Shown here: positions 10,406 through 23,500 of the stretch, in pieces
Position numbering within the stretch: position 1 is the first letter of the stretch
Layout: each line of letters opens with the position of its first letter
NCBI GenBank assembly: GCA_051294375.1
Contig: CM119263.1
Span: 25,449,367-25,513,366 of the forward strand
Reading direction: 5' to 3'
DNA: 64,000 nt
Source: Paraspadella gotoi
Taxonomy: Eukaryota > Animalia > Chaetognatha
Notes under the pieces: model-generated
Seen by the model: the letters and a program-made list of their open reading frames with translations, nothing else
Databases searched by the model: none
What the model was told of the DNA's origin: nothing
Position numbers and translations under genes: made by a program

Positions 10406-13400
10406 ATGGATTTGACGACGGTGGCGGAAAACTGCATCGTCGGTCGGCGTTTCGTTGGTGTTCATTCTGCTGCTTCTACATCGACTTCGCCAGTGAAACT
10501 AAAAATTAACAAGATCGTCGAGTGGGAATGGCGTAGTGGCGTCGTCAGAGCAGCCAGTTCACGGAACCTGGAAGACCCTATGCTTAGTGTGAGTATGAGA
10601 ATATGATGCAGCTTATTATCTCGTTGCTTAGAAACGACCTAAAAATTTTTCAAAATATTTCATATACCGCCTAACTATTTTATTTTTTTTTATTAGTATC
10701 CAGTTTAACTTCCTTTTTAATTGGTCCATATTTAAAAAAAACCTAATAGATTTTGTAATTTTGGGTTTGGCTTTGGTAAATTTTAGACGAAAAAGAAAAG
10801 CAAGGTTTTTAAAATAAAATAACATAAAAGAGGCAAGAGGATAGTTTTTAATAGCAAAAACAGCGGAAGTATTCGGATATCATAATTTCTAGTAGCTCTG
10901 TGAATATTAGTTAATAGTTCCGGGCCCCGATCCAAACCCTAACCAGCTTTTCCGGCTCGCGACATCACCAGCGAGCCACTTCCCTGGCCCTAACATTAAC
11001 CCGAGCCTCCGGCTTCCTGTCTTAACTCTTATGACGAGCCAAAACCCTAACCCCTGACGTCATCCGCGAGCTTCTCCCCCAACCATAACCCCGGCCTCCC
11101 GTTCAACTCCGTGCCTCAACCCTAACTCTAAATTCCTTCGCCGCGTCACCCGCGGATTTCTCCCAAAACCCTGATCCTCACCCAGAAAGAGCGATGATTT
11201 TTTTTAAACAAGCAAAAGAAAGAAATGATGGTGAAAGTGAAAAAAGAAAGGAAAACTATTATTAGTATTAGTAGTATTAGTATTAAATGAGTAAATTATA
11301 AATATCACGGTTCTACTGAAAATTTAGTCATGAAAATGCATTCATATACATAATATATGTAGCATTTATCTTTTTAATAGATTCTGGTTGAGTACGATGA
11401 CAAAGAGTGGTACCGTCGCGAATGGGCCAGGTGCAGAACGCGATTCCTCGTCTTAATCGTAGAGTCCGACGTCGTTTGGCTGCGGCTTAGCGTCATCCGT
11501 AATCCGTCGCCGATCCGCAAATTCGCTTTCCCGCAAGGAGTTGCTAGAAAACGTGGAAAGATCGTCAAAAACAAAGTCGAAGTTGAAGAAACGAAGCTGG
11601 GACCAAACTCGACGTGGCCTTGTTTGGTTAGTAATAGCTTCCTTAGATAATTTTTAAATTTTCAGTATATTAATACTCGATCCTTTTCGACCTCAAGACG
11701 TTCACCCGATTGATCGTCGACCGCAGCGGCGACCTGCATCAATTCCTCAAGACGAAGCACTTCGTCCAGTCTCTTCACGATAACACTCTCTGCATCGCCG
11801 ACAATCGTGACATCGCTGACCATAGGGTGAGTATTCATAGAATTTATGGTGATATGAATAAAGGCATGTTGATTATTTTATAATTTAAATTTTTAGAAAG
11901 TTTTTTTGTCGCTAGATTCAAAACAAAACTATTTATAATCATCATCATTATCATTTTTCAAAAATTTTATTACTTTTTTAAATTTTTACCAAGAAAACAA
12001 ACATTTTTGAAAGTTGTAGTTATATTTTTTATTTAACTTTTTATGCTCTATCATAATCCATCAAAAAAAGTTAAGATTGATTTCAATTTTTTTGTTCATT
12101 ATATAGTAATATTGTAATTTTAATAGCAACAATAAAAGCATTAAAATCGAACTTTTTTTAAAAATTCTTTTTTTACCTAAAAGTAGACTTCAAGACTAAA
12201 GTTTTAAACCCCCGCCCCTATTGAATTTAATTTCACTATTTAAAATTTTCTGTAAAACCCTAAAAATGTATCAAGCGAATATGGCGCTTAGCGATTATAA
12301 TGGCAGTCAATCTGTCACTTTTAATCCTTGTTTCGCGATTATTCTATCGAGCTTGGTGTCTAATCCTCTGGTCCTTAAGTTCTAGAGTAACATAGTGGTT
12401 GTACCAATTTCTTTTTTTTTTCAATTGCTTTGTACGTTACTTTTTTTGAAATATTTATATTTAAGGAAAAACAGAAGCAACGATTTGTTTAATAATAATA
12501 CATCGGACATGTTTCTACTCTTAGGTTTCGAGTCTTCATCAGCGTTTGATTTTGACAGTTTTTTCTTCACAACCATTAAGTTAGTGAGAGAGAGAGAGAA
12601 AAATAGTTTCCAACAAAGAATTGAGAAAAGGATAGTGTCAGATGTGAGGACAGAGAAGAAGAGAAAGTAAGTTGATTTGAAATAATGAAAATGAGAGAGA
12701 GAGAAAAATCATTACATTTGGCAATGTTCCTTGTACAACAAGAATAAATAAGTGAAGTAAACTTAAAAATTGAAAATTATACTAAAGAAGTAATAACAAC
12801 AGGATGAATAAACAAGTTAGCTTATGAAGTATAACTGAAGTTGAAAATGAAGAATAAGTGGTGAGGGATAGCTAAGTTGAGAGTTAAAAAAGTAAAGAAA
12901 AAATCTCAAAAATGAGCTGTTTCCCCCCCCCCCGGCTGGGCAAATACGGGATATTAGCGATATAGTCACTTGGTCAGGTCATTGGCCGGTCATTGGCATT
13001 CGGTAGGCTTATTAGGCTAAAGAGATTTGATTGTCACTCAGCATCTGATCACAGCAAGTCGCACTAAAATATCTTCTCGGTCAATGACAGGCCATTGACC
13101 CGACCACATTGCTAACGTCCCGCATTTGCCCAGCCGGGGGGTTGCAGCTCATTTTTTAGCTCATTTCTTTGCTTATTTTCACTAACTCTCAATTTTTTTG
13201 TGGTCATATTCATAATTATTATTATTATGAGTTACTGAGAACTCAAAATCAATGTCAAGTCTTTTTTTGATTGATTTGCGCGCAGAAGGATATTAACTCT
13301 TCATATCCTCTGGCTCACTGTGAATTCATTTTATAATCTAAGTTAATGATATTTCATATTTCATTTGAATTCTTTTATAATATATTTTATAAAAGATTTA

Positions 13401-14478
13401 AAAATATTTTGCTATTTGAATACAATTATAAGTTTTGATTCCAAACTTTGTATATATATTTTTAATATTTATAATTATTAAATTTTATGTTATATCTATT
13501 TATTTTAATAAATATTTTAAATATAAGTAATAAACCATAAAATATTTGTTATATTATGTTTTATAATTAAATAATTGTAAAACCAATATATAATAAAATT
13601 AATGCGGCGCAATGCATAGAAATTGCCGTTCTTGGTTATTGTTTATATATTGTTTGCATAATAAAGGGCTTGCCTCAGCACGCTCTCGCAATATACTCAT
13701 TGATTTAGGCCAACATCAGATATATTTAAACAAATGTAAATAACTTGGAACAGACTTGGTTTTTTGGCTCTAGAATTATCCACTCGATAATCATTCCTGA
13801 ATCATTAATAAATTAAATTCATTAATACGAAACTGTTTGTATCCGCCGCGGAGGTCTTAAAATTTTTCAAGTGGGTTGTAGTCTTTTGTTTATTCTCTCT
13901 TATTTTCTTAATTTTTTTTTATTTCTTTCTCTGGCGTAAAACTAAAAGTTTTAAAACAAAAAAATGGAAGAAAAAAATGTTGGTTCTTTGGCCGAAGAAC
14001 CTAAATCGTGCTTCGAAGAGCAAGACAGACCCTTGCCCAGGGTTGGGGAAGGTGGTTGCCCAACGAAACTACCTCGGAAAAGAAAACAATAAAAAATCTT
14101 AAATAATCACAGGGATCGCCGTCCTCTATTCATTAAATTTAAATTTATTAAACTCGTTTGTATATTTTTTTAGGCTTTTTAATATGAGGCAGTCGTGTAC
14201 ATCGAAATTTAAAAACAAAAAAATTACGTAAAATTTTATTAATTCTTTTTTAAAATTTTTTTTCTTCATGCAGCTGTTGTAATTGACTTATATACGTCAA
14301 TTATCAGAATATTTTCTTTTTATCGAGAAAAAATGAATTTATCTTAGGCGAGAGATCGAGTGGCGTAATAAGTTATATTAAGTTACGTGTGGAGAAGACT
14401 GAAGTGATATGCTCGTTCACTTTTAGCCCCCAAAATATATGTATTAAAAAAGTTGTTCTCCTTCCCTCTGATAGACCT

Positions 14479-14522
<44 letters not shown>

Positions 14523-17500
14523 TTTTTTTTTTCTCTCTCTCTCTCTCTTTTTCGATCCTCCCTTCGATCTGGCGATGATTCAAACGAAAAAAAAAATGCA
14601 TCGCCTGAAAAACTTCAGATCGAAGAAAGCCTTAAATAAAACGAGTCTTCTCTTTCTTTTTTCCCCATTTATCGCATCGTACGAAGGTCATCAAACTCTG
14701 GGGGGCAGATTCTGCCGAAATTTTTAATAGATAAAATATAAAACTATTTTTCTTTCAATTAAATCTTGAAAAATTCTTCTAATGTTTTCGGGTCACGCAA
14801 GTAGCAAAGAACCTGGAGCCCACGTGTCACACGAATTTTACGTAAACAAACCCGGATGTAACTCAACCGAACGGCCTGGGATGTTTTTTTAAAACCACTA
14901 ACCAGGATAAAACGTGGAATGGTCTCTCCCTCACTTTCTATCTCTCTCTCTTTTTTTTCTCCTCTTTTTCCTCTCTCACTCATTCATTCTCCTTAAAAAG
15001 AGAGAGGCTCTCTCTCTCTCTCGCTTCCCGGACGACGACTAATAAATATTTTTTCCTTCGCGAAAACCTCGCATCTGGATACTGTTATAACCAGTGACCT
15101 TTTAAACAGCTTGAAGTTTTTGCCAATAAACAGAAGAGCAAGGGAAATTTTTAACATAGTATATTGCTAAAATTTAGCCTAAATCAATGCACCAGTGAAA
15201 TATTAGTTAGGCCTTACAGCTAGAATATTATCGGGTAATTTAATTATATCGACAATTTCACTTTCTACTAAATTTATTTTTTGGCGAAAACCTACTTAAA
15301 ACCTTGTACTTAAACTTTATTTTTTGATCTTAACACACCATTTTAACCTCAGAGATGCTTACTTCCAAAACATTTTTTTTAGTTCATAAGTACATAAATT
15401 AAAATTAACTGGTGTTCTGATTCCGATTCGCGCAGCTGCCTCGACGAATCGTGGTCGTTTTGTTTACTTTATCCGCCTCCTGTTTAAAATACATTTCCAT
15501 TGTCCAATACAGGGTTATTGGACAGTTCGTTAAAACAGTTTTTTTTCTTTTATTTATCGCTATCTTTGTCTTCAGTCCGTTGTGTCAACGTCACCGCCCT
15601 GTCTCGAGGAAAACCCTCAACTTCGCCTTCAACTCCGAGAGAGGGAAAACTTTGGAAAGAGTCAGAGAGTGTTGTTGTCGACTCCGAACATCCTCATCGG
15701 ATATCGGACGAGCGTCTATCGGGCTCTGGGCACAACTCAGTGGTACACTGCCATAATCGGACCGTACAACGAAGAAACTCAGGTTCGTATTTTTTTCGAT
15801 TGTTTGGACTCCATGTAAAAATAGGTCAAATAATTGTTAGTATCTCGACTCAAATCAATTCTGCGTTTCGATTTGAAAATTGAACTGATCTTAAATGATT
15901 TCCAAAGAATAGTTTAATCGTTTACACCTAGTAATGTAGTTACTTTTGACTTTTATGATAAACTTTTATTTTTAGGAATTAACGCTCACCGACGACACTG
16001 TCTTAGAAGAGCATTTAGAGGATCCAGCTCGCTTACATATCAAAGTTTTGGGCGACGAAGGTAAACCGCAATGTAACTAACTCACGTCGACCTCTTGAAT
16101 AATTTTCAGTTTAAGTGTGTGGTGATTAAGGTGAATGTATAAAAATATTTGCGTAAAGCACATGAACTCAATTGTCAACTTTCTTTCCAGTTATCGACAG
16201 AGTTCTGAGTGGGGACTCTGCTGGTGTCACTTCAAGAAGGCGACTAAGTCAGCGACTCCAAAAGTCGGACTTATTAATCAACAAGAAACAAAAGACAAAA
16301 CCGAAAAGACAAATAACGTCACAAGAAAAATCAAGTACGTTTAATTGTAATGCGAAACAAATTTAACTTTTTCCTTCATTGTAGCAAATATGTAATTTTA
16401 TCTATTATTCTCATTGTTTTTAAAATTTCGACAACATATTAGAGGTTTTGTCACTTGATTGTTACTTTTTTTTAAGAACCATCTTTAAAAAAGCAACACG
16501 CTATCGATATTTCTGTTGAGGACGACGACGTTATTAACCCGACGTCAGCAAGATGCGCGAAAGGTGGGAACAGTAGCGGCAGTAAAAGTGGAAGTCGCAG
16601 CAGCAAAAGTAGTGGTTTATTCAAGCGTTCTTTGTCCTTTTCCGGTGCTCTAAATATAACTCAGGTACGATTATGAAGCATTTATAACTTTATAAATAAT
16701 GAATTGTCACTGCGGCCCAAAAAGTAGCTATGGCAACGGTGAGACGTGTGTGATGCCCAGGGTGTGAGGCATCTCCCGTCAGGGCTTTGGACCTGCAGTG
16801 ACCACCCCATGTCACTGGCGTGTTTATGCCAACACCATCACACTTTAACCAGCATGACCGTGATGAGATTGAACCCGGAACTCACGGTTGGTGAACAAGT
16901 AATTAACTATCCGGGCCAATGGGACAAGCTTAGTTTCACCAAGCTATACGGAAGGCGAATTTAGCCACATTTTCCACGAGGAAAAAACCGTATTGGATGG
17001 ATAAATTAATTTTATAGAAATATAACAAAAATGAAATCGAGAAAATTGTAGAAAACACTTAGTACTAAGCAAGAGTGTGTTTGTTTATGGATATTTTATT
17101 AGCTAAATTCTTAATAAAATATCCGAGTAAAAAGAATAAATTCTAGGATTTCATTCTAGTATGAAAAAATTATTTTACAAGCCGTTTAACGTGACCGTTA
17201 ACGTGACCAAGCCAATCTTGATTATATTTATCATATTTTATTCCATCTTGATATTTTGATATAGGTTTTTTTAGTAAAAAAAACTTTTTTTACCCCAGGT
17301 GTCTTGCAAAGACATACCTTCTCCCACTGTCGTGCTCTCTCCGATTGTCACATCCGCCTCTAGCGGTTTACAAAGATCACCAGCGTCTAATTCTCCCTCG
17401 ACGATCACGCCTAAGTTATCCTCGCCAGATTCGGATCTCGCCCTTGCCCAGACGAGTTCGGATCAGTCTTTTTCATCCAACGGTTCCGAGTGTAGAAGCG

Positions 17501-20500
17501 CCAAGGAGGCCTCAAGCAGCGTCTTAGAAGGTGAGAAAGCTGATTCTCGTCGATATAACCGTCGCCGTCTACGCATGGAATCCGGAAAAAACTCGGAACC
17601 CTCGCGAGGGATGATGCCTTGGAAACGCAGTGCGGAATCCAACAGCGCAGTTCGTAAAGTGGACAAGTCTGTCGACGACGATAATGACGACGATGACGAC
17701 GACGACGTTCGTGTTCGCGAAAAGAAGTTAAAAAAGTCCAAGTCCGACGCTAAATTAGCGAGCAAACCGAGCAGCGATGCTGAATCGGATTCGAAAAACG
17801 ATGAGTCTCCGCCGTCGATGCGTCATCCCGACATCGCGAAAGGTGGCGTACGGAAAAGATTTTTGGCCCGGGCCGCAGCCGCAGCCGCAGCCGCAGCCGC
17901 GATTTCAACGGAACCATCCGATTTTGTTGGGGAGTCCTCTCTGGCTCTCGCCGAATCCCCTCCTAACACTACAGACGGGGCTCAAGAGGCCAATCTCGTT
18001 GTGTCCGATCCAGTCAATGAAGCTTCGGAGAAAATAGAAACGAGAGCGGTTGAGTCATCCAAGGGAGGACGTGACGACGAGGAACAAGAGGGTAAACGGA
18101 CCGCGGACGAGCAGGAGGAAACTACGACTGAGGAGTCCACGTTCGAAGTGGACGTCGAAACGAACGACGTTGATACTCATCCGGAAGTGGAAAGTAATTT
18201 GATGACGGGGACATCCCAAGCCCAAACGACTCCCTCGGATTTCTATTCAGACATCATTGAATCCTCCGCGATGCACGAATCTTCTGAGGCCTCGCCTTTG
18301 TCCACTTTGGCACAAATCGCTTGCGACTCCAAACCCATAACTCCCCCCTCGGCCTCTTCTTGCTCGACATTTACCGCGTCGACGCCCAACACGCAGACTC
18401 CGGCGGTTCGGCACTCTCAGCCAAATACTTATCCCTTAGCGATTGGTGTCGCGGAGCAAGCCTCAACTTCTTCGCAGGATACAAAGCCGTTCGTCACATC
18501 GGTTTCCCGTATTATAGAAAGGGTCATCAACACTAGTTTTCCCGAAAAAAGCGATGGTGAGACCCCGGATGAAGTTAAGCGAGAGCCAGTGAAAAACGAA
18601 CCTGTGAAAGAAGAGGCTCCGATCACGATTTTTCGTGATCCGGAACTTTTGAAGAAGGATCCCTTCACTCAACGCGAGCGAGCTCTGTTGGAAGCGTCTA
18701 AAACTGCTGGACGGGATAGAGTCGGATTCTCCGACGAACGACCAAGCGGATCGTTTCAGCCGGCGTTGCCACATCAGCCTGTGGGTCAACTTCCTGTTCC
18801 GGTTGATCGTCCAACTCACCGTCTGGTGATGAACTTGATTCCCGAATCTCATCAAAGATTTGCGGAAGTGGTTGCTCAGCAACAGCAGCAGCAAAGAGCT
18901 GTCGAGGCCGCGTTGCTACAGTCGCAGCAACAACAAAAGGCCATGGAGGCTGCCATTCTTCACTCGCACATGCTTCAGGTAACTTTAAACTTCGCAATAT
19001 GTTTTTGATGTAAATGTATAAATGTCATCGTTTTTAGGCCCAAGCTCTGGCAGTGGCTTCATCCCATCTCTTACCAGTAGCGTCGGGGATCACACCTTCA
19101 GGGATTTTGTCAACTGGTGTTCCGGCGGCCACCGCATTTCCTAATTTACTTGCTCCGGTGGTGATCAATTCAAGTGGCAACCCCCCACCTGGTCCCACCG
19201 AAAGCGGTGTACGTGATATTGCATCTGCCAAAGCAGATGTAAAAACCGCCGGGTGAGGTTATATTTTTTTTTCATTATTCACAGATTGACGTGTTTTTTA
19301 TTTTATTTTATTTATTTTTATTTACTACCTAGCCCCACACGATCGGATGCAGAGGAGGCTGCCATGAGAGAACAGCGCCTCATTTTGCAAAGTTTAGAGC
19401 AAGAGCGAATCAAACAACTCGAGGCGGAACAAAAGATTAAGGCGGAGAAGGATAGACTGGCGATGATTGACGACAGCAAGGGTCACCGGTGAGATAAGTT
19501 TTCTTTGAAAATTGTTTGAACTTTTTTTCTTTTTGTTAAACAATCTTAACAATCCTCATAGCGAAAAACTTGATATAAATTCTTTTAAGGAAGCTCTTTT
19601 CATAGCATTTTGGGTATAGACTGAAACTGAAAGCCAAGATCAAGCAGATTCAAAAAAAGTTTTTGTATTATTGTATTATTACTAAGGACACGAATAATTT
19701 AATTACAACAACAACAATCTTTATTAGACGAACATGTTTCGGCTTACAGTTTGATCCTTCATCAGCGTCAAAGTTTTAGACAGATTCTGGTCACAAAAAA
19801 TGGGTACCTCTTTTTATATTATAAAGTCTTCTGTACTTTTAAAGATCGGCTCTTTTATATTATAAATTATTTATTGATGAAGTTTTACATAACATTGCCA
19901 TAGTAGCAAACGTGAAACTATGCTCTTGTGTTTTTATAGAATGCCCTCCGACACTCAAGGAAATCCACGGGTTAACGTTGAAAAGATGAAAAAAGAGCGA
20001 GAAGAAAAGGCAATGGAAATGCGCTCCGAGCAGGTGATTTGTTAAATCTTAATCTTTGAACTTTATTTCCAACTAATACGTTTATGAAATTTGTACAACC
20101 AATATAAATATTATCCATTCATTTAATAAATAAGCTATTTTTCCCCCGACTTTGGACAGGCTTTGGTGGTTTAAGGCCTCCATCACTCTTACAAGATAAT
20201 GACATAGCAGGTCCCTGCAAGCTTTCAATCAAGACTCTCTCACAGTCTTGTTTATTCACTCCCAAAGTACTTGGCTTCCCTATTTATTTAATTATGAAGA
20301 CAAAATTACGAATTTCGTTTTATAATAAAGATGGTGCGATTTTGATGTGACATAATGTTGCAATTTGTTTTCGGCACCGTCAAAGCCTATGATTGCCTCG
20401 GAGAATAATTACTACGTATAACCTGTATTTTTATTTCTTCATTAACCAAAATTGAATTTTAAAATATATGTCTACTATGTCTACTATTGTCTAGTATAGA

Positions 20501-23500
20501 ATCAATAAAATTATTTCGTTCTGACAGGAGATTCGCGAACGAGCGGAAAGACGAGCGGTATTACTGGAGTCGGCTGAGGCCGCTGCTGCAGTACAGGAGC
20601 ATTTCAATCAATCGCTGCTTCTGGCTGAACAGAAGGTAAGAATACTATATAGAATTCTCCATAAATTTTTGACCGTTTTCTCGTCTTATGCGGTTTTGAT
20701 ACTGCACAGTAAAAATTCTGAATATTAGTTTTCTTATATAATTATATTCTTTCTTTCCTTTCTTTCTTTCCATTCTTTCCCATCAAAGCGCGCCGCCTTG
20801 AAAACCGGTGATGCAGGGATCGCACCTTCTTGGCCCCGCGTTTCTCCTACGTCGTCGCACGTACCCGATCGAAAGTCCTTCGAGTCAAAGTCTCCGCGCT
20901 CTCTTCGCTCTCCGTCCATTAATCCACCTCAGTTCACGTCGCCCCGTCATCCTCATCTGTCCCCGCAACAGCTTGCCCTGCCTCACCCCTATAATTCTCA
21001 GATTTCACCGCACCATCTTCAGTCTCCGCCACTGCCACAACCCTCCCCTCCACAATCATATGCTAGTCACTCGCACGCCTCTTCGCCTCAGTCCGGATCA
21101 AAACTGTCTTCCTCTCTTCCTCAAAATCAATCGGTCGGCCGAACTATCAACTGTGCAGCTGTTCCGGCTCTGTCTCCGCCCATCCCTCAATACCAATTTC
21201 CGAAACAAATAACGTCGCCATCGTCCATCAGTCCTCGTCTCCCGACGCCCCATCTACTTCTTCCTTCGACTTCAATCGGTCGTCCGCAATATTCTGGGGT
21301 CGAAGACCGCCTGCCTGGAGCGACGGTCGGAGAGAGGAAGAAAACTGAGGCCACGGTGGTACATCATTCGCATCAGTTGCTTGAAGTTTGTAAAAGAAAA
21401 GGCGAAACGGCGACTGGCTCCGTCGAAAAAAATGGTGAGAATTAAAGTACATCCAACTCGTTTTGAGCGACTCGAGTTTATTATATTACATAATCTCAAA
21501 TTTCACGGGTATGACACAATTTTTATCTTTTACTTTCATTTGTTTTAAGAGCATTTGTTTTAAGAGCATTTTGGAAATTTTTCATGTCTTGGCAATGGCG
21601 GCGAGGTTGGCGAACTCTTCCTCGATAAGCTCATCCCGATGGAGCGTGACTCCAAAACTTTTAACATGTATGCGCCGCTGAATCATGAGTCGATGGATGT
21701 ACTTGAGTGCGATTCCTTTCGACATGTTGCCCTCCATCATAAATATGTCTGTTATCTCCTGTCGTGTTAAAGGGTAACAAAATTCGATGAAAGGCTGTAT
21801 ATTTTACACTTGGTTTATCTCTTTCTCTGTCACTCACACACACATTTCACTTTATAAATACAATTTGAACGTCTCTCTCAAACCTGCATCGACTTGGTGA
21901 TAACCTTTCTATCACCACATAGATACAAATGACCGCTTTTCATCATAAGATCTTGGTATATATGCCTAGCATCTGCTTTCAGGAGATCCTTTAAATCAAG
22001 AATTTGTGACCTTTGTTAGATTATTGGTGAAAGAAAGAGATAAAGAGAAAAAAAAGAAAAATAAAAGAATGAATCATCACCTGAACGTATGTCCTCTTCA
22101 TATTCCTTTCCCGCGAATAAGCAAATTTGCCTATAATATGGTTTTTGTCAATCACTGTCTCAATCTCGTCATCGAACATGATCTCCCCGCGGTCTCGGCT
22201 TCTACAACCCATATAAAGGACGAGTTTTCCCCAACTCCCCCACATGGTGTCCTCTTCCGGCGCTCTCGGTGAGAGCTGACGCAATTTTATGCGTTCGTTC
22301 CAAAAGCTCCTAGGAAACGAAGTGGCGGCGTCGGGGCCAAGCATTTTCTTTATGATTATGAGACTCTGCGGCTCCATCTCGCTTTCAAAATATTTTTTAG
22401 CCTGATCTGCTTACAGCTGATTCCGAGTTCAGAATTCAATTTGTCGGTCACACCCCAAAATCTTATCGGTAATTTAAATCATGTTAAAATATCGAATAAT
22501 AATAAATTATACAAGTAATTCATGTTTTTCTGTCTTTCTTTTTAATTAAATGTAAAATAGATATGTCGCTCCGCGCTTAAAAAAAAATCCGAAAGAACGA
22601 AGTGGTTTCTGATAATTTTGCTTCCTTGCTTTTTTTGCACCAGAAGCGCAGTAATAATATTACAAAACCACGGATGATTTCTGAAACTGCAGTGTTTGGG
22701 CTATCCAACGACTAAAAAATTCGGTGCTTAGTCTGATTTCCTTTTGAATTTTTTATCGTCGCAATCACTGAGCGTTTGCGACGATATTGTAACGCTTTTG
22801 CGCATAAGTGGTGTCGTCGTCGCGTTCCAAATTATATGATTAAATTTGGGTGTATGAAGCTGAAGATTTATATACAGCTTCTCATCATCGATGTGCTTAA
22901 AATTGAGTCTGGACAGTTATTAAATATGTTTTGTTTACTTTTTATCAAAACAAACAAATTTTCTCTCTTTTATTTTCATATTTCTTTCTCTCTCTCTTTT
23001 CTCTTTTAATTACATGTCTCTCTCCCTCTTTCTTTTCCCTAGTCACTGATTCATAATCATAGGAAACAAAACCGAGTCTGCAGCTGGCTCTGCAGTGGCT
23101 TATTCTTTTTCTTTCTTTTCTCCTGCTGCTTCTGCCTTTTGATTTCTTTTTTTCTTCTGCTGCCGCTGCTGATTCGTCTGAAAACGATTTGGCTTCTTTC
23201 TCTCTCTCTGATTAAATTTTTTCCTTTAAAAATAGGGGAAAAAACGAGTCTGCAGCTGGCTCTGCAATGGCTCTTTCTTTTTCTCTCTTTTCTCCTGCTG
23301 CTTCTGCTGCTGCCTTTTGATTTCTTTTTTTTCACTCTCTCTCTCTCTCTCTCTCTGCGTTTTTATTTAAAAAAAAATTGAATTAGGATTGAACTCGTAA
23401 AATTAGGCATCGCATTCGTGCATGTTATCATTTTGCTATTTTTCAGAAAGTGTAACTTTAATTTTCTTCCGTACTTTATTATTTTTTTTATTAACAATCG

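Noticed and set aside
17345-18997. Overlapping alternative-frame and antisense ORFs within the large KDM3 exon
   Set aside because: Expected shadows of a GC-richer coding exon; no independent motifs or splice support.
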